Part shown: piece by piece, positions 45,493 through 55,646 of the stretch
Layout: every line of letters starts with the position of its first letter
Numbering within the stretch: the first letter of the stretch is position 1
Source: a virus
Taxonomy: Duplodnaviria > Heunggongvirae > Uroviricota > Caudoviricetes
Reading direction: 5' to 3' (one strand)
Virus record (IMG/VR): IMGVR_UViG_3300037421_000106
DNA length: 64,000 nucleotides
Notes under the pieces: generated by a model
The model's database searches: none
The model's input: the letters and a program-made list of their open reading frames with translations, nothing else
What the model was told of the DNA's origin: nothing
Position numbers and translations under genes: made by a program

Positions 45493-45779
45493 TCGGATAC
45501 AGTGTCAAGCGTGCGGATCTATGCGAAGCGGGCCGCAAGGGATGGGCTTGCGTAGACTCGAACGGCGCACCCGTTGAATACTTCGAAGAGTACAAGCATG
45601 CGGCCGAACGTGCGAAGCTTGAAAACGATACGGCGCGCAAACCGCGCAAGCCCCGAGCCGATCAGAGTATACGCGACGCGCGTAAACTGCGGCGCTATCT
45701 TGGGAGTGCGTCGCCATCAACCGTCGGTAACTGTGACGGTCTAAATTTTGACAACTTGGGCGAAAGCCCTGACTATTGA
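45489..45779 (+). CDS. Hypothetical basic protein
   Basis: MIGYSVKRADL...; ~96 aa. Confidence 0.3.
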   Translation: MIGYSVKRADLCEAGRKGWACVDSNGAPVEYFEEYKHAAERAKLENDTARKPRKPRADQSIRDARKLRRYLGSASPSTVGNCDGLNFDNLGESPDY

Positions 45780-45786
45780 GGCAACT

Positions 45787-46473
45787 ATGAGCAACCCCGC
45801 CGAATATTCGCAATTGTTCGAAGCCCACGGGCACCCGTTCAAGCTTGAAGTATTCCATGACGCGCACGCGGCCGCCCCGTGGGAAATGTCGGACGGACAC
45901 GGACCCGTGCGCGCAATCCCGCGCAATTCAGCGAGCGGCAAACGTCCGGGGGAAAGACCGCTTGATACGTACAGCGACGGATCCCCGCATTTGCTTTATG
46001 ACTGGGGCACTGCGCACGCCACCGCGATGCGCGACGGATGGCGTCCGAGTATCACTCCCGACGGCGTGCAGACACGGCGCACGCTTGCCGCTGCAGCGGT
46101 CGCAGAGGATTTTGCGTACTTGCGCGCGTGGTTGCGCGACGAATGGCACTATGTCGGCGTATGCGTCACTCACGAGGCAAGCGGCGCACATGCTTCCCTT
46201 TGGGGTATCGAGTCAACCGATACCGCGTATCACTTGACGGTCGCGAACGAGCTAGCCGCGGACATTTGCGCCGATCCCAAATTCAAAGCATGGCGCCAGT
46301 TATTGGCGGATTGTGAACGCGCGTTAGACTGCGCGGACCGTTTGAATGATTGGGCGTTCAAGACTGAGCGTAAACGCGAGCAATTCGGCCGCAACGTTCA
46401 CGCGGATCGATTCTGCCAAGACATGCGCGACGCGGCCGCACTGCTTAGCACACTCGCAAAGGGGAAAGAATGA
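45787..46473 (+). CDS. Hypothetical protein
   Basis: MSNPAEYSQLFEAHGHPFKLEV...; ~228 aa. Confidence 0.4.
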   Translation: MSNPAEYSQLFEAHGHPFKLEVFHDAHAAAPWEMSDGHGPVRAIPRNSASGKRPGERPLDTYSDGSPHLLYDWGTAHATAMRDGWRPSITPDGVQTRRTLAAAAVAEDFAYLRAWLRDEWHYVGVCVTHEASGAHASLWGIESTDTAYHLTVANELAADICADPKFKAWRQLLADCERALDCADRLNDWAFKTERKREQFGRNVHADRFCQDMRDAAALLSTLAKGKE

Positions 46474-47021
46474 GTACCGAACGTAACACAGCAATCGAAA
46501 CGTACGTATCAATGTTAGGCGTGCACTACGCGGCGGAATTCGTACCGTTCAGCAAGTCACGCAACGCGAAGCCCGCGGCTAAGCTGTCGGAATTGTCGCT
46601 CAATTGGCGCGTGACGCTTTCGAAGCGGTCGCCCATCGATGGACAAACGACGCAGCAATTTACGACGGACTATCAGGCGGGCATTGGGCATATCCCGGGT
46701 TTGCCGTACAATGCGCGCCCGGCGTGCGTCCGTAATTCCTGCGAACATGGGTCGAGTTACGTTGATTCGTCTAGCGGCGTCATTCGCGGGCGCCCGTTGA
46801 GTGCGCCAGCGCTGGCGGATGTACTGTACTGTCTGATCAGCGACGCGGACGCAATCGAGTATCCCACGTACGAATATTGGGCTTCGAACATGGGCTATGA
46901 CACAGACTCACGCAAGGGTGAGGCAACCTATCGCGCATGCCTTGAAATTGATTTGAAGCTTCGCGCCTTGATTGGCGACGGCGCGCTGACCAAATTGCGC
47001 GAATTGTTTCAGGACTATTGA
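46470..47021 (+). CDS. Hypothetical protein
   Basis: 183-aa ORF. Confidence 0.4.
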   Translation: MSTERNTAIETYVSMLGVHYAAEFVPFSKSRNAKPAAKLSELSLNWRVTLSKRSPIDGQTTQQFTTDYQAGIGHIPGLPYNARPACVRNSCEHGSSYVDSSSGVIRGRPLSAPALADVLYCLISDADAIEYPTYEYWASNMGYDTDSRKGEATYRACLEIDLKLRALIGDGALTKLRELFQDY

Positions 47022-47022
47022 C

Positions 47023-47241
47023 ATGACTTGCATCGTTGAGCTACCGAGTAAGAAAGCACTGCGCGAACGCATCGCGACGGCGCCCGAACGTGTCTACATC
47101 ACGGATCCGTCGATATTCAAGCCACGCTATTTTACCGCGTCCGAAATGACGATCGGTCAGCGGGAAGTGGTAACCAATCATCCGAAACGATCATGGTTCG
47201 CTCAGATCACGCGGACTGCGACAGGGTTTAAGGTGACGTGA
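47023..47241 (+). CDS. Hypothetical protein
   Basis: 72-aa ORF. Confidence 0.3.
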   Translation: MTCIVELPSKKALRERIATAPERVYITDPSIFKPRYFTASEMTIGQREVVTNHPKRSWFAQITRTATGFKVT

Positions 47242-47453
47242 TGCGAGTACGCACAGGGTCTTGGTACCGATTCGAGCCTATCGGCATGGACGTATGGCGC
47301 CCCGCACATCGCGGGCTGCAACGCGGGGATGTCGTGCGGGTGGTCAACCTTCACGGGTGTCCGCCGGCTAACACCATGGGGCATTGCCACGTTGAAACAC
47401 TCGCGGGCGAATTCGCGGGCTTGGTATTCTGTAACTCACTGCAAAGGGTTTGA
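47238..47453 (+). CDS. Hypothetical protein
   Basis: 71-aa ORF. Confidence 0.3.
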   Translation: MMRVRTGSWYRFEPIGMDVWRPAHRGLQRGDVVRVVNLHGCPPANTMGHCHVETLAGEFAGLVFCNSLQRV

Positions 47454-47660
47454 GTATGACTGAGCTACGTACAGACTACGCGGCCGATCGTTTGCGCGCC
47501 GTGTCCGAATGCCTCGACACGATGAATGCGGGAAAGGCGGATCCGCTCGAAACACTTGAGGCAATCGCGGGCGCTATCTATGACGACCTTGTTTGACAAG
47601 GTTCAAGGCGCTTTAGATTTTTCAGAGGTGCACGCGCAAATGATCGAATTGCGACAGTAA

Positions 47661-47690
47661 CCCGCGTCTCTAGACGGCGCGGTTTTGTTG
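47661..47690 (+). terminator. Possible weak terminator (short GC stem + TTTTGTT)
   Basis: CCGCG...CGCGG followed by TTTTGTTG after short ORF ending 47597. Confidence 0.25.
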
Positions 47691-47830
47691 AGGGTGCGCA
47701 CGGCGCGCTAAGCCGGATGATCCGAGGTGCAACATGCGTAACTGATCGATCGACCCATTAACCAGTGTGAGAGTTACGCGGCCCGCGCAATCAAGCGGGT
47801 CGCTTTGCGGTCACATTGAAAGGGTAACCG

Positions 47831-48277
47831 ATGATCGATTGTTCCGATTTATCCGCGCGATCGCATGTTTCGATCGCGTTGCAATTTCTAAAATACGCAC
47901 GCGACGCGCTCAAAGCGGCAGAATGCCCCAATACGTTAGCACGCGTGCGCGCCGCGATCGACTCGTGCGAGGGTGCGTTACGCAATCAAGCGCACCGCGA
48001 CGCGTTCCCGGATCGCAAGCGTATCAAGACACCCAAAGCGCGCAACGTCGGCGCCCGTCAACGTCAGATACGCGCGGACGAAATGCGTACGGATCCGCAC
48101 GCGGCAGATATGCCATGTCCGCATTGGGATGATGTGCAAGCGGCAATAGACGCACCGCGTGATCGATACGGCAACCCGTTACCGGATGCACGCACACATG
48201 TTTATCCGGACGCGACACGCACCGCACCGCATACACAATTTGTGCGCGGCGCGTGGCGCGCGAAGCGGGGCGACTAA
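47831..48277 (+). CDS. Hypothetical protein
   Basis: 148-aa ORF after intergenic gap. Confidence 0.35.
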   Translation: MIDCSDLSARSHVSIALQFLKYARDALKAAECPNTLARVRAAIDSCEGALRNQAHRDAFPDRKRIKTPKARNVGARQRQIRADEMRTDPHAADMPCPHWDDVQAAIDAPRDRYGNPLPDARTHVYPDATRTAPHTQFVRGAWRAKRGD

Positions 48278-49017
48278 TGAAAAAACCCACCGGTTACGTG
48301 ATCTACCGGGGTCCGTCGCAATTGGATGGCGCGCCCATCGTTGCGATTGCCACGATGAAAAGCGACAATCGCAAGACGGGCAACATGGTGCAAACGTGGA
48401 TTTTGCGCGACGATCGGTCGCCCATGGAAACGTCCAAAGCGGGCGCCGATGGTTCAGTGTGCGGCGACTGTAAGCATCGATGGTCACTCGGTGGCGCGTG
48501 TTATGTCAACATCGGGCAGGGTCCGGGCGCGATCTTTCGCGCGTTCCAGCGCGGTAATTATCAAGACTTGACGCAAGCGAATTCCCCGCTTTGGGCAATC
48601 GCTCAGATCACGCGCGGCCGCACGGTGCGACTCGGCGCATACGGTGATCCCGCAGCGGTTCCCGTGCACGTCTGGGAAGCAATCACGGCGGAATCCGACG
48701 GGCACACGGGCTACACGCACCAATGGCGCAACCCCGTCGCTGAACCGCTGCGCGGGCTTTGCATGGCCAGCGTCGACACTCCCGATGAATACGCGGCCGC
48801 GCAGCGCGCGGGGTGGCGCACGTTTCGCGTGCGGTGCACGGATGACGATAGCGTTATGCCCCGTGAATTCGAGTGCGTCAGCGACACCAAGGGAACCGCT
48901 TGCGCCGATTGCCGCGCATGCGACGGTGCGGCGCGCGGCCCGGGTCAGGCATCGGTCTTTATCACGGTGCACGGGTCGTTAAAAAGCCGGTTCCCGGTAA
49001 CGATCGCCCGCGCGTGA
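48277..49017 (+). CDS. Hypothetical Cys-rich protein
   Basis: MKKPTGYVIYRG...; ~246 aa; CGDCKH, CADCRACDG clusters. Confidence 0.4.
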   Translation: MKKPTGYVIYRGPSQLDGAPIVAIATMKSDNRKTGNMVQTWILRDDRSPMETSKAGADGSVCGDCKHRWSLGGACYVNIGQGPGAIFRAFQRGNYQDLTQANSPLWAIAQITRGRTVRLGAYGDPAAVPVHVWEAITAESDGHTGYTHQWRNPVAEPLRGLCMASVDTPDEYAAAQRAGWRTFRVRCTDDDSVMPREFECVSDTKGTACADCRACDGAARGPGQASVFITVHGSLKSRFPVTIARA

Positions 49018-49591
49018 AACACCCCGCGCCACGGCGCGCCACGGGTCCGCCAGCGCGGGCCGGCCCGCTTTTGGTTATCCGCGCACCTCCCGAGCAAATG
49101 CGGGGCGCCAGCGCGCGCCTACGCGGCCGCGCGGGGTATCCGGATGCAGGCTATAGCTTGCCGTTTGCGCTCGAATGTGCAGGCTGTAGCCTGCCCGTGG
49201 GGTGTTGCGAAAACGCCACCGCAGCAAATGGTGCGGTGCGGATGAACGGTCGGTTTGATAGTGAGTACTGACATTTGGTGCAATGCAGCACGGCTGTCAG
49301 GGATTGCTGACAGGGAACCCCTACATGGGGACAGAGACGACTCGAGCCTGGAGGCCGACTATGGCGTCGCGCGCGGCATCATCGCGAACAGAGAACTCCG
49401 TAGAGACTGGCGCTTACAGCCGGCGCTGTGCGCATTTATCGAGTGCCAGTGGACGCGGGAGGATACAGACACTCTACGCCTACTCTGCAGTGGATGCATC
49501 GACGCACCTATGTGCGTGCCGACCGGATCTACGCTTGCGAATGCGATGAATGAGACATACGTGCGCGGAGTGCCTCGGTGACGACCCCTTA

Positions 49592-49652
49592 CCATCCATC
49601 CACCGGTATGTAAGCCATCCATCCACCGGTATGTAAGCCATCCATCCACCGG
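49592..49652 (+). repeat. 23-bp direct repeat (2.65 copies) immediately upstream of homing endonuclease start
   Basis: CCATCCATCCACCGGTATGTAAG x2 + CCATCCATCCACCGG; the last copy supplies GGAG SD for 49661. Confidence 0.8.
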
Positions 49653-49660
49653 AGATATCA

Positions 49661-50230
49661 ATGCGCATTGGCATTCTGTACATGCACGTGGGTCCAACTG
49701 GGAAGATCTATATTGGAAAGACATGGCAGCCAAAAGGCGAGCGCTTCAACGGAAATTGGGCGCGTCAATACACCAAATCCATGGCGGCCGATGCGTTGCG
49801 TTACGGCCGTAAAGCTTTCGAAACGATCGAGCTCTATCGGATAGAGAGCGAGGACCCGTCATATGACGACCAGCAACTGGCGATGCTGGAGATCATGGCT
49901 ATTGAATTATTCAACAGCAGGACTCCGCGCGGATACAACATCGCCCGAGGCGGCGGCCGAGCGCCAAGCGCGCCTGAAACATGCGCCAAGATCAGCGGCG
50001 AAGGAAACCCGATGTTCGGTCGGAAACACACGAAGCGAACAGTGAAACAAATGACAGAGGCGCGTCGGGCAGAAAATCTCCCGGAAGAACAACGCATAGC
50101 GATGCGAGAGGCAAATAAGTTGCGTCCGCGCAACGCGCGCGGGCATTATATCAAACTCGGGACTGAGTATCATCCCAATACACTTAAGCGGCGAGGTATA
50201 AAACCCTTGACCATCCAGCCGGGGGTATGA
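49661..50230 (+). CDS. GIY-YIG homing endonuclease with NUMOD3 repeats
   Basis: GILYMHVGPTGKIYIGKT...YNIARGG (GIY-YIG core) followed by NUMOD3-like repeats (PETCAKISGEGNPMFGRKHTKRTVKQM). Confidence 0.75.
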   Translation: MRIGILYMHVGPTGKIYIGKTWQPKGERFNGNWARQYTKSMAADALRYGRKAFETIELYRIESEDPSYDDQQLAMLEIMAIELFNSRTPRGYNIARGGGRAPSAPETCAKISGEGNPMFGRKHTKRTVKQMTEARRAENLPEEQRIAMREANKLRPRNARGHYIKLGTEYHPNTLKRRGIKPLTIQPGV

Positions 50231-50285
50231 TACAGTCGCACCCACGCTGACAGGTTCGTCAACAACCACCGAGGAGATACCCGAG

Positions 50286-50608
50286 TGACAAGCGAAGTGT
50301 TCAAGGACATGTCCCAAGTGGCGAAGGCCGGCGCGGCCTACGCCAAGGCCCAGGCGGAATTCAATGCCGCTGCCAAGCAGTGCGGCCTCATCATGAAGCC
50401 CCTGCACGATGCCGTCCAGGATGCCGATCAGCAGCTGAAGCTGGCGCTGAATAAGGCCGCCGAAGACGAAGCCAAGACCATCAAGGTCGACCTGGCTGCG
50501 TTGCTGCAAAAGGCGCTGGACGAGCAGGTTGCTGCGGCAGCTGTTGCCGCTGCGGCTGCGCAGCAAGGTGTGCCGGAAGGCGCCAACGGCCCCGCTGCAA
50601 ACGAGTAA
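50286..50608 (+). CDS. Hypothetical Ala-rich coiled-coil protein
   Basis: 107-aa ORF (start approximate). Confidence 0.35.
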
Positions 50609-50807
50609 CCATCCCTCCGGGGCGCCACGACGGGCCCACCAATTTCAGGAGATCACGGAATGATGACCGAAATCAAGATTGTCACTCCCGCCATTCGCGT
50701 CGTTGGTGAATTGGTTTGGAGTGACTGATGATGACCTTCTTATGCGTTCTAGCATACGCGCTGGTCGCATCATGGTTCATCGCATTCCTCTACCACTGGA
50801 GTAAGTG

Positions 50808-50945
50808 ATGGCAATCTTCAAAGGCGTCGAGACCGAAAAGTCGCAACGCAAGCCGAACAGGCAGGCGCGCAAAAAGCTTCGCACCAGACGCACCAAGATC
50901 CAGCAGATGATTCTGGCCAAGGTCAGAGCGCAGGGGAAGCGATGA
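50808..50945 (+). CDS. Small basic protein (45 aa), not in ORF track
   Basis: MAIFKGVETEKSQRKPNRQARKKLRTRRTKIQQMILAKVRAQGKR*. Confidence 0.25.
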   Translation: MAIFKGVETEKSQRKPNRQARKKLRTRRTKIQQMILAKVRAQGKR

Positions 50946-51307
50946 GCTCGCTACCGGTCGATTCAAAAGCACGCAAAGAGATGCCGATGGCGCGGGGTTT
51001 GTTGGATTACTTCACAGCTGCTCTAGCTGCCGTTGCTGAAGTAAGTTTCCACGGCAATCAGAAGCATAATCCTGGCGAACCGATGCATCACGCACGCGGT
51101 AAATCGGCAGACCATGCGGACTGCGTTGTTCGTCATTTATCAGAACGAGGAACGTTCGACGAAGAGGAATATCCTGGCGGCCCCCGATTGCGTCACAGTG
51201 CCAAGATGGTATGGCGCGCGCTCGCATTGCTCCAGCAGGAACTAGAAGATGCCGGCGAGGCTCCATTGGCCAGAGGGGCACGTCTACCTGAGGACACCCC
51301 GCGATGA
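50942..51307 (+). CDS. Hypothetical protein (possible dATP/dGTP diphosphohydrolase-like N-domain)
   Basis: 121 aa; LLDYFTAALAAVAEVSFHGNQKHNPGEPMHHARG...RHL pattern vaguely recalls phage dNTP diphosphohydrolase N-domains; unverified. Confidence 0.25.
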   Translation: MSSLPVDSKARKEMPMARGLLDYFTAALAAVAEVSFHGNQKHNPGEPMHHARGKSADHADCVVRHLSERGTFDEEEYPGGPRLRHSAKMVWRALALLQQELEDAGEAPLARGARLPEDTPR

Positions 51308-51639
51308 TAGTCGGTGCTGCGTTTCAACAGCTGTTCGCCGGCATCGGCAAGGTCATTCACAACGTCTTCGTGTCGCTCGACTACGCAGGCTCGATGATCC
51401 TGTGGCTGAACGAGGAGGAACCTATGACCGTCAGCAGCCGCTGCGGCCTGGCATTACGTCAGGAGCTGCCTGGCTTACAGCAAGCGGCTCTGCGCGATTT
51501 GGGACGCATGTTGAACCTGCTCGATCGTGCTGCATTGAGACGAGGGTCGACTCACTGCGAAGAATCAATCGGTGCCGACATCGATCGCGCCGATCGCTCC
51601 AAAGCACGACTCATGACCCATCCCTCCACCGGAGAATGA
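51304..51639 (+). CDS. Hypothetical protein
   Basis: 111-aa ORF. Confidence 0.3.
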   Translation: MIVGAAFQQLFAGIGKVIHNVFVSLDYAGSMILWLNEEEPMTVSSRCGLALRQELPGLQQAALRDLGRMLNLLDRAALRRGSTHCEESIGADIDRADRSKARLMTHPSTGE

Positions 51640-51640
51640 C

Positions 51641-51907
51641 ATGGAACTCGAACAAATGGTTGATCTGTTAGTAGCGGCCGCCAAAAAGGCATCCGAATCT
51701 ACCGGCAAACCTTTGTCAGAACTTGGCACGGACAAAGCTAGGTTTATAGCCGATATGCAGAGTGAGCCCGAAATCTTTGCACTCTTCAATGAGTTCGGAA
51801 AGCTTTATACGAATGCCGAGCTCGCGCAATTGAATCAATCCGGAGAGCTCGCCGGTAAAGCTGCAACACTCGATGCGCTGCTGTCGCGCGGGGTGTCATT
51901 CACGTGA
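51641..51907 (+). CDS. Hypothetical protein
   Basis: 88-aa ORF. Confidence 0.3.
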   Translation: MELEQMVDLLVAAAKKASESTGKPLSELGTDKARFIADMQSEPEIFALFNEFGKLYTNAELAQLNQSGELAGKAATLDALLSRGVSFT

Positions 51908-52365
51908 TGAAGCATTCATTGAAATGGGACAAACGGTTCCTTCATCTGGCTGAGGTCGTGGCCAGCTGGAGCAAGGATCCGTCGACCCAGGTCGGGGCCG
52001 TCATTGTCGACGCTGATAAGCGCATCGTCAGCGTCGGCTTTAACGGATTCCCTCGTCACATGCAAGACGGTGCTGAGCTCTATGCCAACCGCGAGTTCAA
52101 GTACAGTCGCATCATCCACGGGGAAATGAATGCGATCTTGCATGCGCGCGAATCGCTAGCCGACATGACGCTATATACTTGGCCGGTGCTACCGTGTGAT
52201 CGCTGCGCGGTGCATGTGATCCAATCTGGCATCGCGAGAGTAGTGGCGCCGACGTGTCCTGCGCACATGGTCGAACGGTGGGGATCATCGCTTGCCAAGA
52301 CTCGAGAATTCTTTAGAGAGGCTCGCGTGTCATTCAACGAAGGTGGAGCGGGGTACGACGTATGA
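51904..52365 (+). CDS. dCMP (deoxycytidylate) deaminase
   Basis: Zinc-binding cytidine/dCMP deaminase motifs HGEMNAI and PCDRCA. Confidence 0.7.
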   Translation: MMKHSLKWDKRFLHLAEVVASWSKDPSTQVGAVIVDADKRIVSVGFNGFPRHMQDGAELYANREFKYSRIIHGEMNAILHARESLADMTLYTWPVLPCDRCAVHVIQSGIARVVAPTCPAHMVERWGSSLAKTREFFREARVSFNEGGAGYDV

Positions 52366-52595
52366 GCGAAGGAATGATGCTAGATGCGGCGCCGCAGGCC
52401 CCACAACCGCTATCTGCGCAGGAAATCCAGCTGTATGCGGCCAGGTGGTTGTTCTGCAGCCGATACGGATTTCCGACGAAGGGTCAAAATGATCGTCCCG
52501 CATGGACCGCATATGCTGGTGATTTGCGTGCCGGCGGCGCCACGCCAGCCGACGCAATCGACAGTTTGATGCGCACGATGGGATTGATCAAGTGA
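52362..52595 (+). CDS. Hypothetical protein
   Basis: 77-aa ORF. Confidence 0.3.
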   Translation: MSEGMMLDAAPQAPQPLSAQEIQLYAARWLFCSRYGFPTKGQNDRPAWTAYAGDLRAGGATPADAIDSLMRTMGLIK

Positions 52596-52700
52596 ACTAT
52601 TTCATCGTAAATGTTGGTGATGGCTTGCAACGATTGTATCGCATGCGCATTTACGCCGATGGGCGCCGAGAAATAATCTCAATCCACTGAGGAGCAAATC

Positions 52701-53096
52701 ATGAACGTTAACATCAACAAAGCTCGCGGCGACGCGATCATCGCAGAGCTCGCGCGGTACGGTTACGAAGCGTACGTCTCGGGTGATCCTGCAACCAGCG
52801 CGCAAGTCCTGGTGCGGCCGATTCTGCATGCGGACTACGACAAATGTCGGACGCAAACCCTGCCGATCGAGCTCTCTTCCCAGTTGAACAATGCGCGTGG
52901 TTCGGTTCTCATCGCGCTACGTATCAAAATGGCAGCACAGATGGCCGAAACGGCAGCCGCTAAAAAGGCTGAGACTGAGGCCGCTGCGCAAGCCGTGGAA
53001 GCGGCGATCGTGAAAGCACCCGGCTTCGGTGATGGTCCGAGCGGCCTGAAGCATGATCCGATTTTGCGTGCCGGCGAAGACTTCGGAGCCGAATGA
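52701..53096 (+). CDS. Hypothetical protein
   Basis: 131-aa ORF. Confidence 0.35.
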   Translation: MNVNINKARGDAIIAELARYGYEAYVSGDPATSAQVLVRPILHADYDKCRTQTLPIELSSQLNNARGSVLIALRIKMAAQMAETAAAKKAETEAAAQAVEAAIVKAPGFGDGPSGLKHDPILRAGEDFGAE

Positions 53097-53473
53097 TGAA
53101 GCCGCTTATTATCGACACAACGGTACACGGCCTGGTCGTGATTGATCACTCCGCGGGTGACAAGGAATCTACCGCTGCTGAAGGCGTAGCAGAGACGCAA
53201 AAATGGGTTGATGCAGCCACGAAGATCTTTGCCGATTTCGGTTTCGTTTTGACCAACGGTTGGTGGAAACACGAGGAGTCGGGCGTCTACGCGGCGGTCG
53301 ACGATGCGCGTATGGGTCCGGGGCGTGTAGCGGCGGTATACGCCCATCGGATCGATTCGGTCGGGACCGACTACATGCAAGGGCTTGTCACAATGCCATG
53401 GTACGGCGATGGTGCCGACATCGAGACGTGCAAACGCCTGCTCAAAAACGCCATCGCAACCGTACGAGGCTGA
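53093..53473 (+). CDS. Hypothetical protein
   Basis: 126-aa ORF. Confidence 0.35.
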   Translation: MMKPLIIDTTVHGLVVIDHSAGDKESTAAEGVAETQKWVDAATKIFADFGFVLTNGWWKHEESGVYAAVDDARMGPGRVAAVYAHRIDSVGTDYMQGLVTMPWYGDGADIETCKRLLKNAIATVRG

Positions 53474-53474
53474 T

Positions 53475-53744
53475 ATGCGAGGAGTCAAAGCAAAACGTTG
53501 TCGTCAAGTCGCACGCGCTACGTGTGATGCATCAATCACCGAAATGTCCGGACGAGGTTTTAAGATACCTGAAGTTCTCGGCAAAGACATCAATGGCGAC
53601 GTTGTTCTGCAAGACGGAAAGCCCATTGTCCTGACTGCAGCATACATTCGCTACACGATGTTCTGGCCACGCAATTCGTATCGCCGTTCGTTGCGCGAGA
53701 CGAAAACCGGAAAGCCTTGCGCTTGGATCAATGAGCGTAGCTAA
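53475..53744 (+). CDS. Hypothetical protein
   Basis: about 89 aa from MRGVKAKRCRQV. Confidence 0.3.
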   Translation: MRGVKAKRCRQVARATCDASITEMSGRGFKIPEVLGKDINGDVVLQDGKPIVLTAAYIRYTMFWPRNSYRRSLRETKTGKPCAWINERS

Positions 53745-53987
53745 ATGAGCCGCGTCTATTACGCACTAGCCTTCGCGGGCCGAGTGTTGCATGTTGACAA
53801 CAATGCCGTAGAGTGTAATAAGGTCCGCGACAAGGTTCGGGAAGAGTTCCCCGAGCAGGCTGAATGCATCGTCGTGCGACAGTTGCCTTATCCATCAACA
53901 AACACCGTCGAAGGCGCATTCGAATGGATCAATTCCTTGCTCTCAGGCGAGGTTTTGAGTACACTGTCGGATCAGGAGGTAGCGTAA
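53745..53987 (+). CDS. Hypothetical protein
   Basis: 80-aa ORF. Confidence 0.3.
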   Translation: MSRVYYALAFAGRVLHVDNNAVECNKVRDKVREEFPEQAECIVVRQLPYPSTNTVEGAFEWINSLLSGEVLSTLSDQEVA

Positions 53988-54392
53988 ATGGGGCAAGCAA
54001 AGAACCGCGGTACCAAGGAGCAACGCATCGCAGCAGCAGTTGCTGCGGGCCGCCACGCTGGTGCACCCGAGCGCACCAAACCGTATGCGAACCGCATGCC
54101 GTTGACCACCCCGATGTTGAACTATCTGTGGGGGCAATTCAAGGTCGTGGGCGACCGGACGATCAATGAGATCCGCTCCGAGGCGCTGCTAGCCCAGAAG
54201 GCGGCGCAAGCGCGGCGCTTCGCCGAATCGCAGCAGGCTTCGGCACAGAACCTTGTCGACGAGAAGACGTTTAAGACGAACGCGCGCGTCATCGAGGAGA
54301 TGATTAAGGGTCCAGCGCAAGCGGAATTGCTGCAGCTGGACAGCGGCATCGATCAAGGGGCCAAAGACCTGATGGATATGCTCCATGCGTAA
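53988..54392 (+). CDS. Hypothetical protein
   Basis: 134-aa ORF. Confidence 0.35.
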   Translation: MGQAKNRGTKEQRIAAAVAAGRHAGAPERTKPYANRMPLTTPMLNYLWGQFKVVGDRTINEIRSEALLAQKAAQARRFAESQQASAQNLVDEKTFKTNARVIEEMIKGPAQAELLQLDSGIDQGAKDLMDMLHA

Positions 54393-54828
54393 ATCGAAGC
54401 GGATCTATCTCATCGGATCGCTACGCAATCCTGAGGTGTGCAACCTTGCCGAGTCTCTGCGTGAACAAGGATTCGAGGTATTCGACTCATGGATGGCCGC
54501 CGGTCCGGAGGCCGATGACTGGTGGATGCGATATGAGCAGGCACGCGGGCATTCATACGCGCAAGCGCTTGACGGATACGCGGCCAAACATGTTTTTGAA
54601 TTTGACAAATATCACCTGGATCGCAGCGGCATCGGTATTCTGCTGTTGCCGGCCGGGCGTTCCGGTCACCTCGAACTCGGTTACATGAAAGGACAGAAGA
54701 AGCGCTGCTACATCTGGAAGACCCCGCAAACCGAGCCCGATCGTTGGGACGTCATGTATCGTTTCGCCGACGCAGTTGTCAGCGACATGGCGTCATTCCT
54801 TCGGGCTCATAGAGGAGTGAAGAGATGA
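54385..54828 (+). CDS. Nucleoside 2-deoxyribosyltransferase-like protein
   Basis: N-terminal KRIYLIGSLRN (IYLAGP-like motif) and SGHLELGYMKG... fits NDT/Rcl-like Rossmann fold; tentative. Confidence 0.35.
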   Translation: MRKSKRIYLIGSLRNPEVCNLAESLREQGFEVFDSWMAAGPEADDWWMRYEQARGHSYAQALDGYAAKHVFEFDKYHLDRSGIGILLLPAGRSGHLELGYMKGQKKRCYIWKTPQTEPDRWDVMYRFADAVVSDMASFLRAHRGVKR

Positions 54829-55640
54829 CCCCGTATCTGCGCGACAATCTCCACAACTGCCTGCTCACGCTCGCGGTGGCATTCATCGGCATTGCCATCG
54901 GTTATTTTATTGCGCCTCAAGCAGCGCCATGTGAAGCCACGAAAACCGTTCTTACGATTCCGGGCGAGGGTTATTCCGTCGCACTGCCGGCAACGTTCAC
55001 GCGCGATCAGATGGAATTGCTCGACCTGGCACGTCAGACCGCCGTTGCCGATCAGCTGCCTCATCCACAGCTGTTGCAGGGCATTCTAATGCAAGAGACT
55101 CTGGCCGGCGCGCTACCGGCCTATAAGGTCGCAGGACAGGAGGCCGGCCTCCGACCCAATGAAAGGTACTACGGCGTCTACCAAATCAAGCTGGCGGCCG
55201 CCCGTGACGTCCTGAAGCGCTTTCCGGAGCTATGGGCCCAATACGATTTCCAGACACACATGGATGAAGAGGTGATTGCGCAGCTGATCGAGAACGATGC
55301 GTTCAGCACCGCGGTAGCCAGCAAGTATCTTAAGATTCTGTCGGACTCGGGCTATCACTCTGCCGGCGCCATGGCCGTGGCCTATAACAAAGGGCCAGGC
55401 GGAGCCATGGGCGTGATAGTCAGCGCTGACTCTTACGCAGTAGGGGTGTCCCGCCATATGGCGAAACTGGCACCTATCGCGCCGGCCGTGTATCATGTTC
55501 AACCTGGCGATTCGCTTAGCAAGATTGCGGCAGCTGTCCACAAGGACATGGCTGCCATTTTCGAGCGGAATCGATGGGCGTTCGTCAAAGGGGATCCGAA
55601 TACCCTAATGGCAAGTGTCGACATTCAACTGCCTCGCTGA
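54825..55640 (+). CDS. Membrane-anchored lytic transglycosylase (SLT domain) with C-terminal LysM
   Basis: N-terminal TM (LLTLAVAFIGIAIGYFIA); SLT motifs LLQGILMQETLAG, YYGVYQI, AYNKG; C-terminal LysM (YHVQPGDSLSKIAAAV). Confidence 0.6.
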   Translation: MTPYLRDNLHNCLLTLAVAFIGIAIGYFIAPQAAPCEATKTVLTIPGEGYSVALPATFTRDQMELLDLARQTAVADQLPHPQLLQGILMQETLAGALPAYKVAGQEAGLRPNERYYGVYQIKLAAARDVLKRFPELWAQYDFQTHMDEEVIAQLIENDAFSTAVASKYLKILSDSGYHSAGAMAVAYNKGPGGAMGVIVSADSYAVGVSRHMAKLAPIAPAVYHVQPGDSLSKIAAAVHKDMAAIFERNRWAFVKGDPNTLMASVDIQLPR

Positions 55641-55646
55641 GCCGCT

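Noticed and set aside
47586-47625. Possible sigma70-like promoter (TTGACA ... TAGATT) near 47591
   Set aside because: Spacer about 15 nt and -10 weak; lies at the end of a small ORF; not confident enough to call
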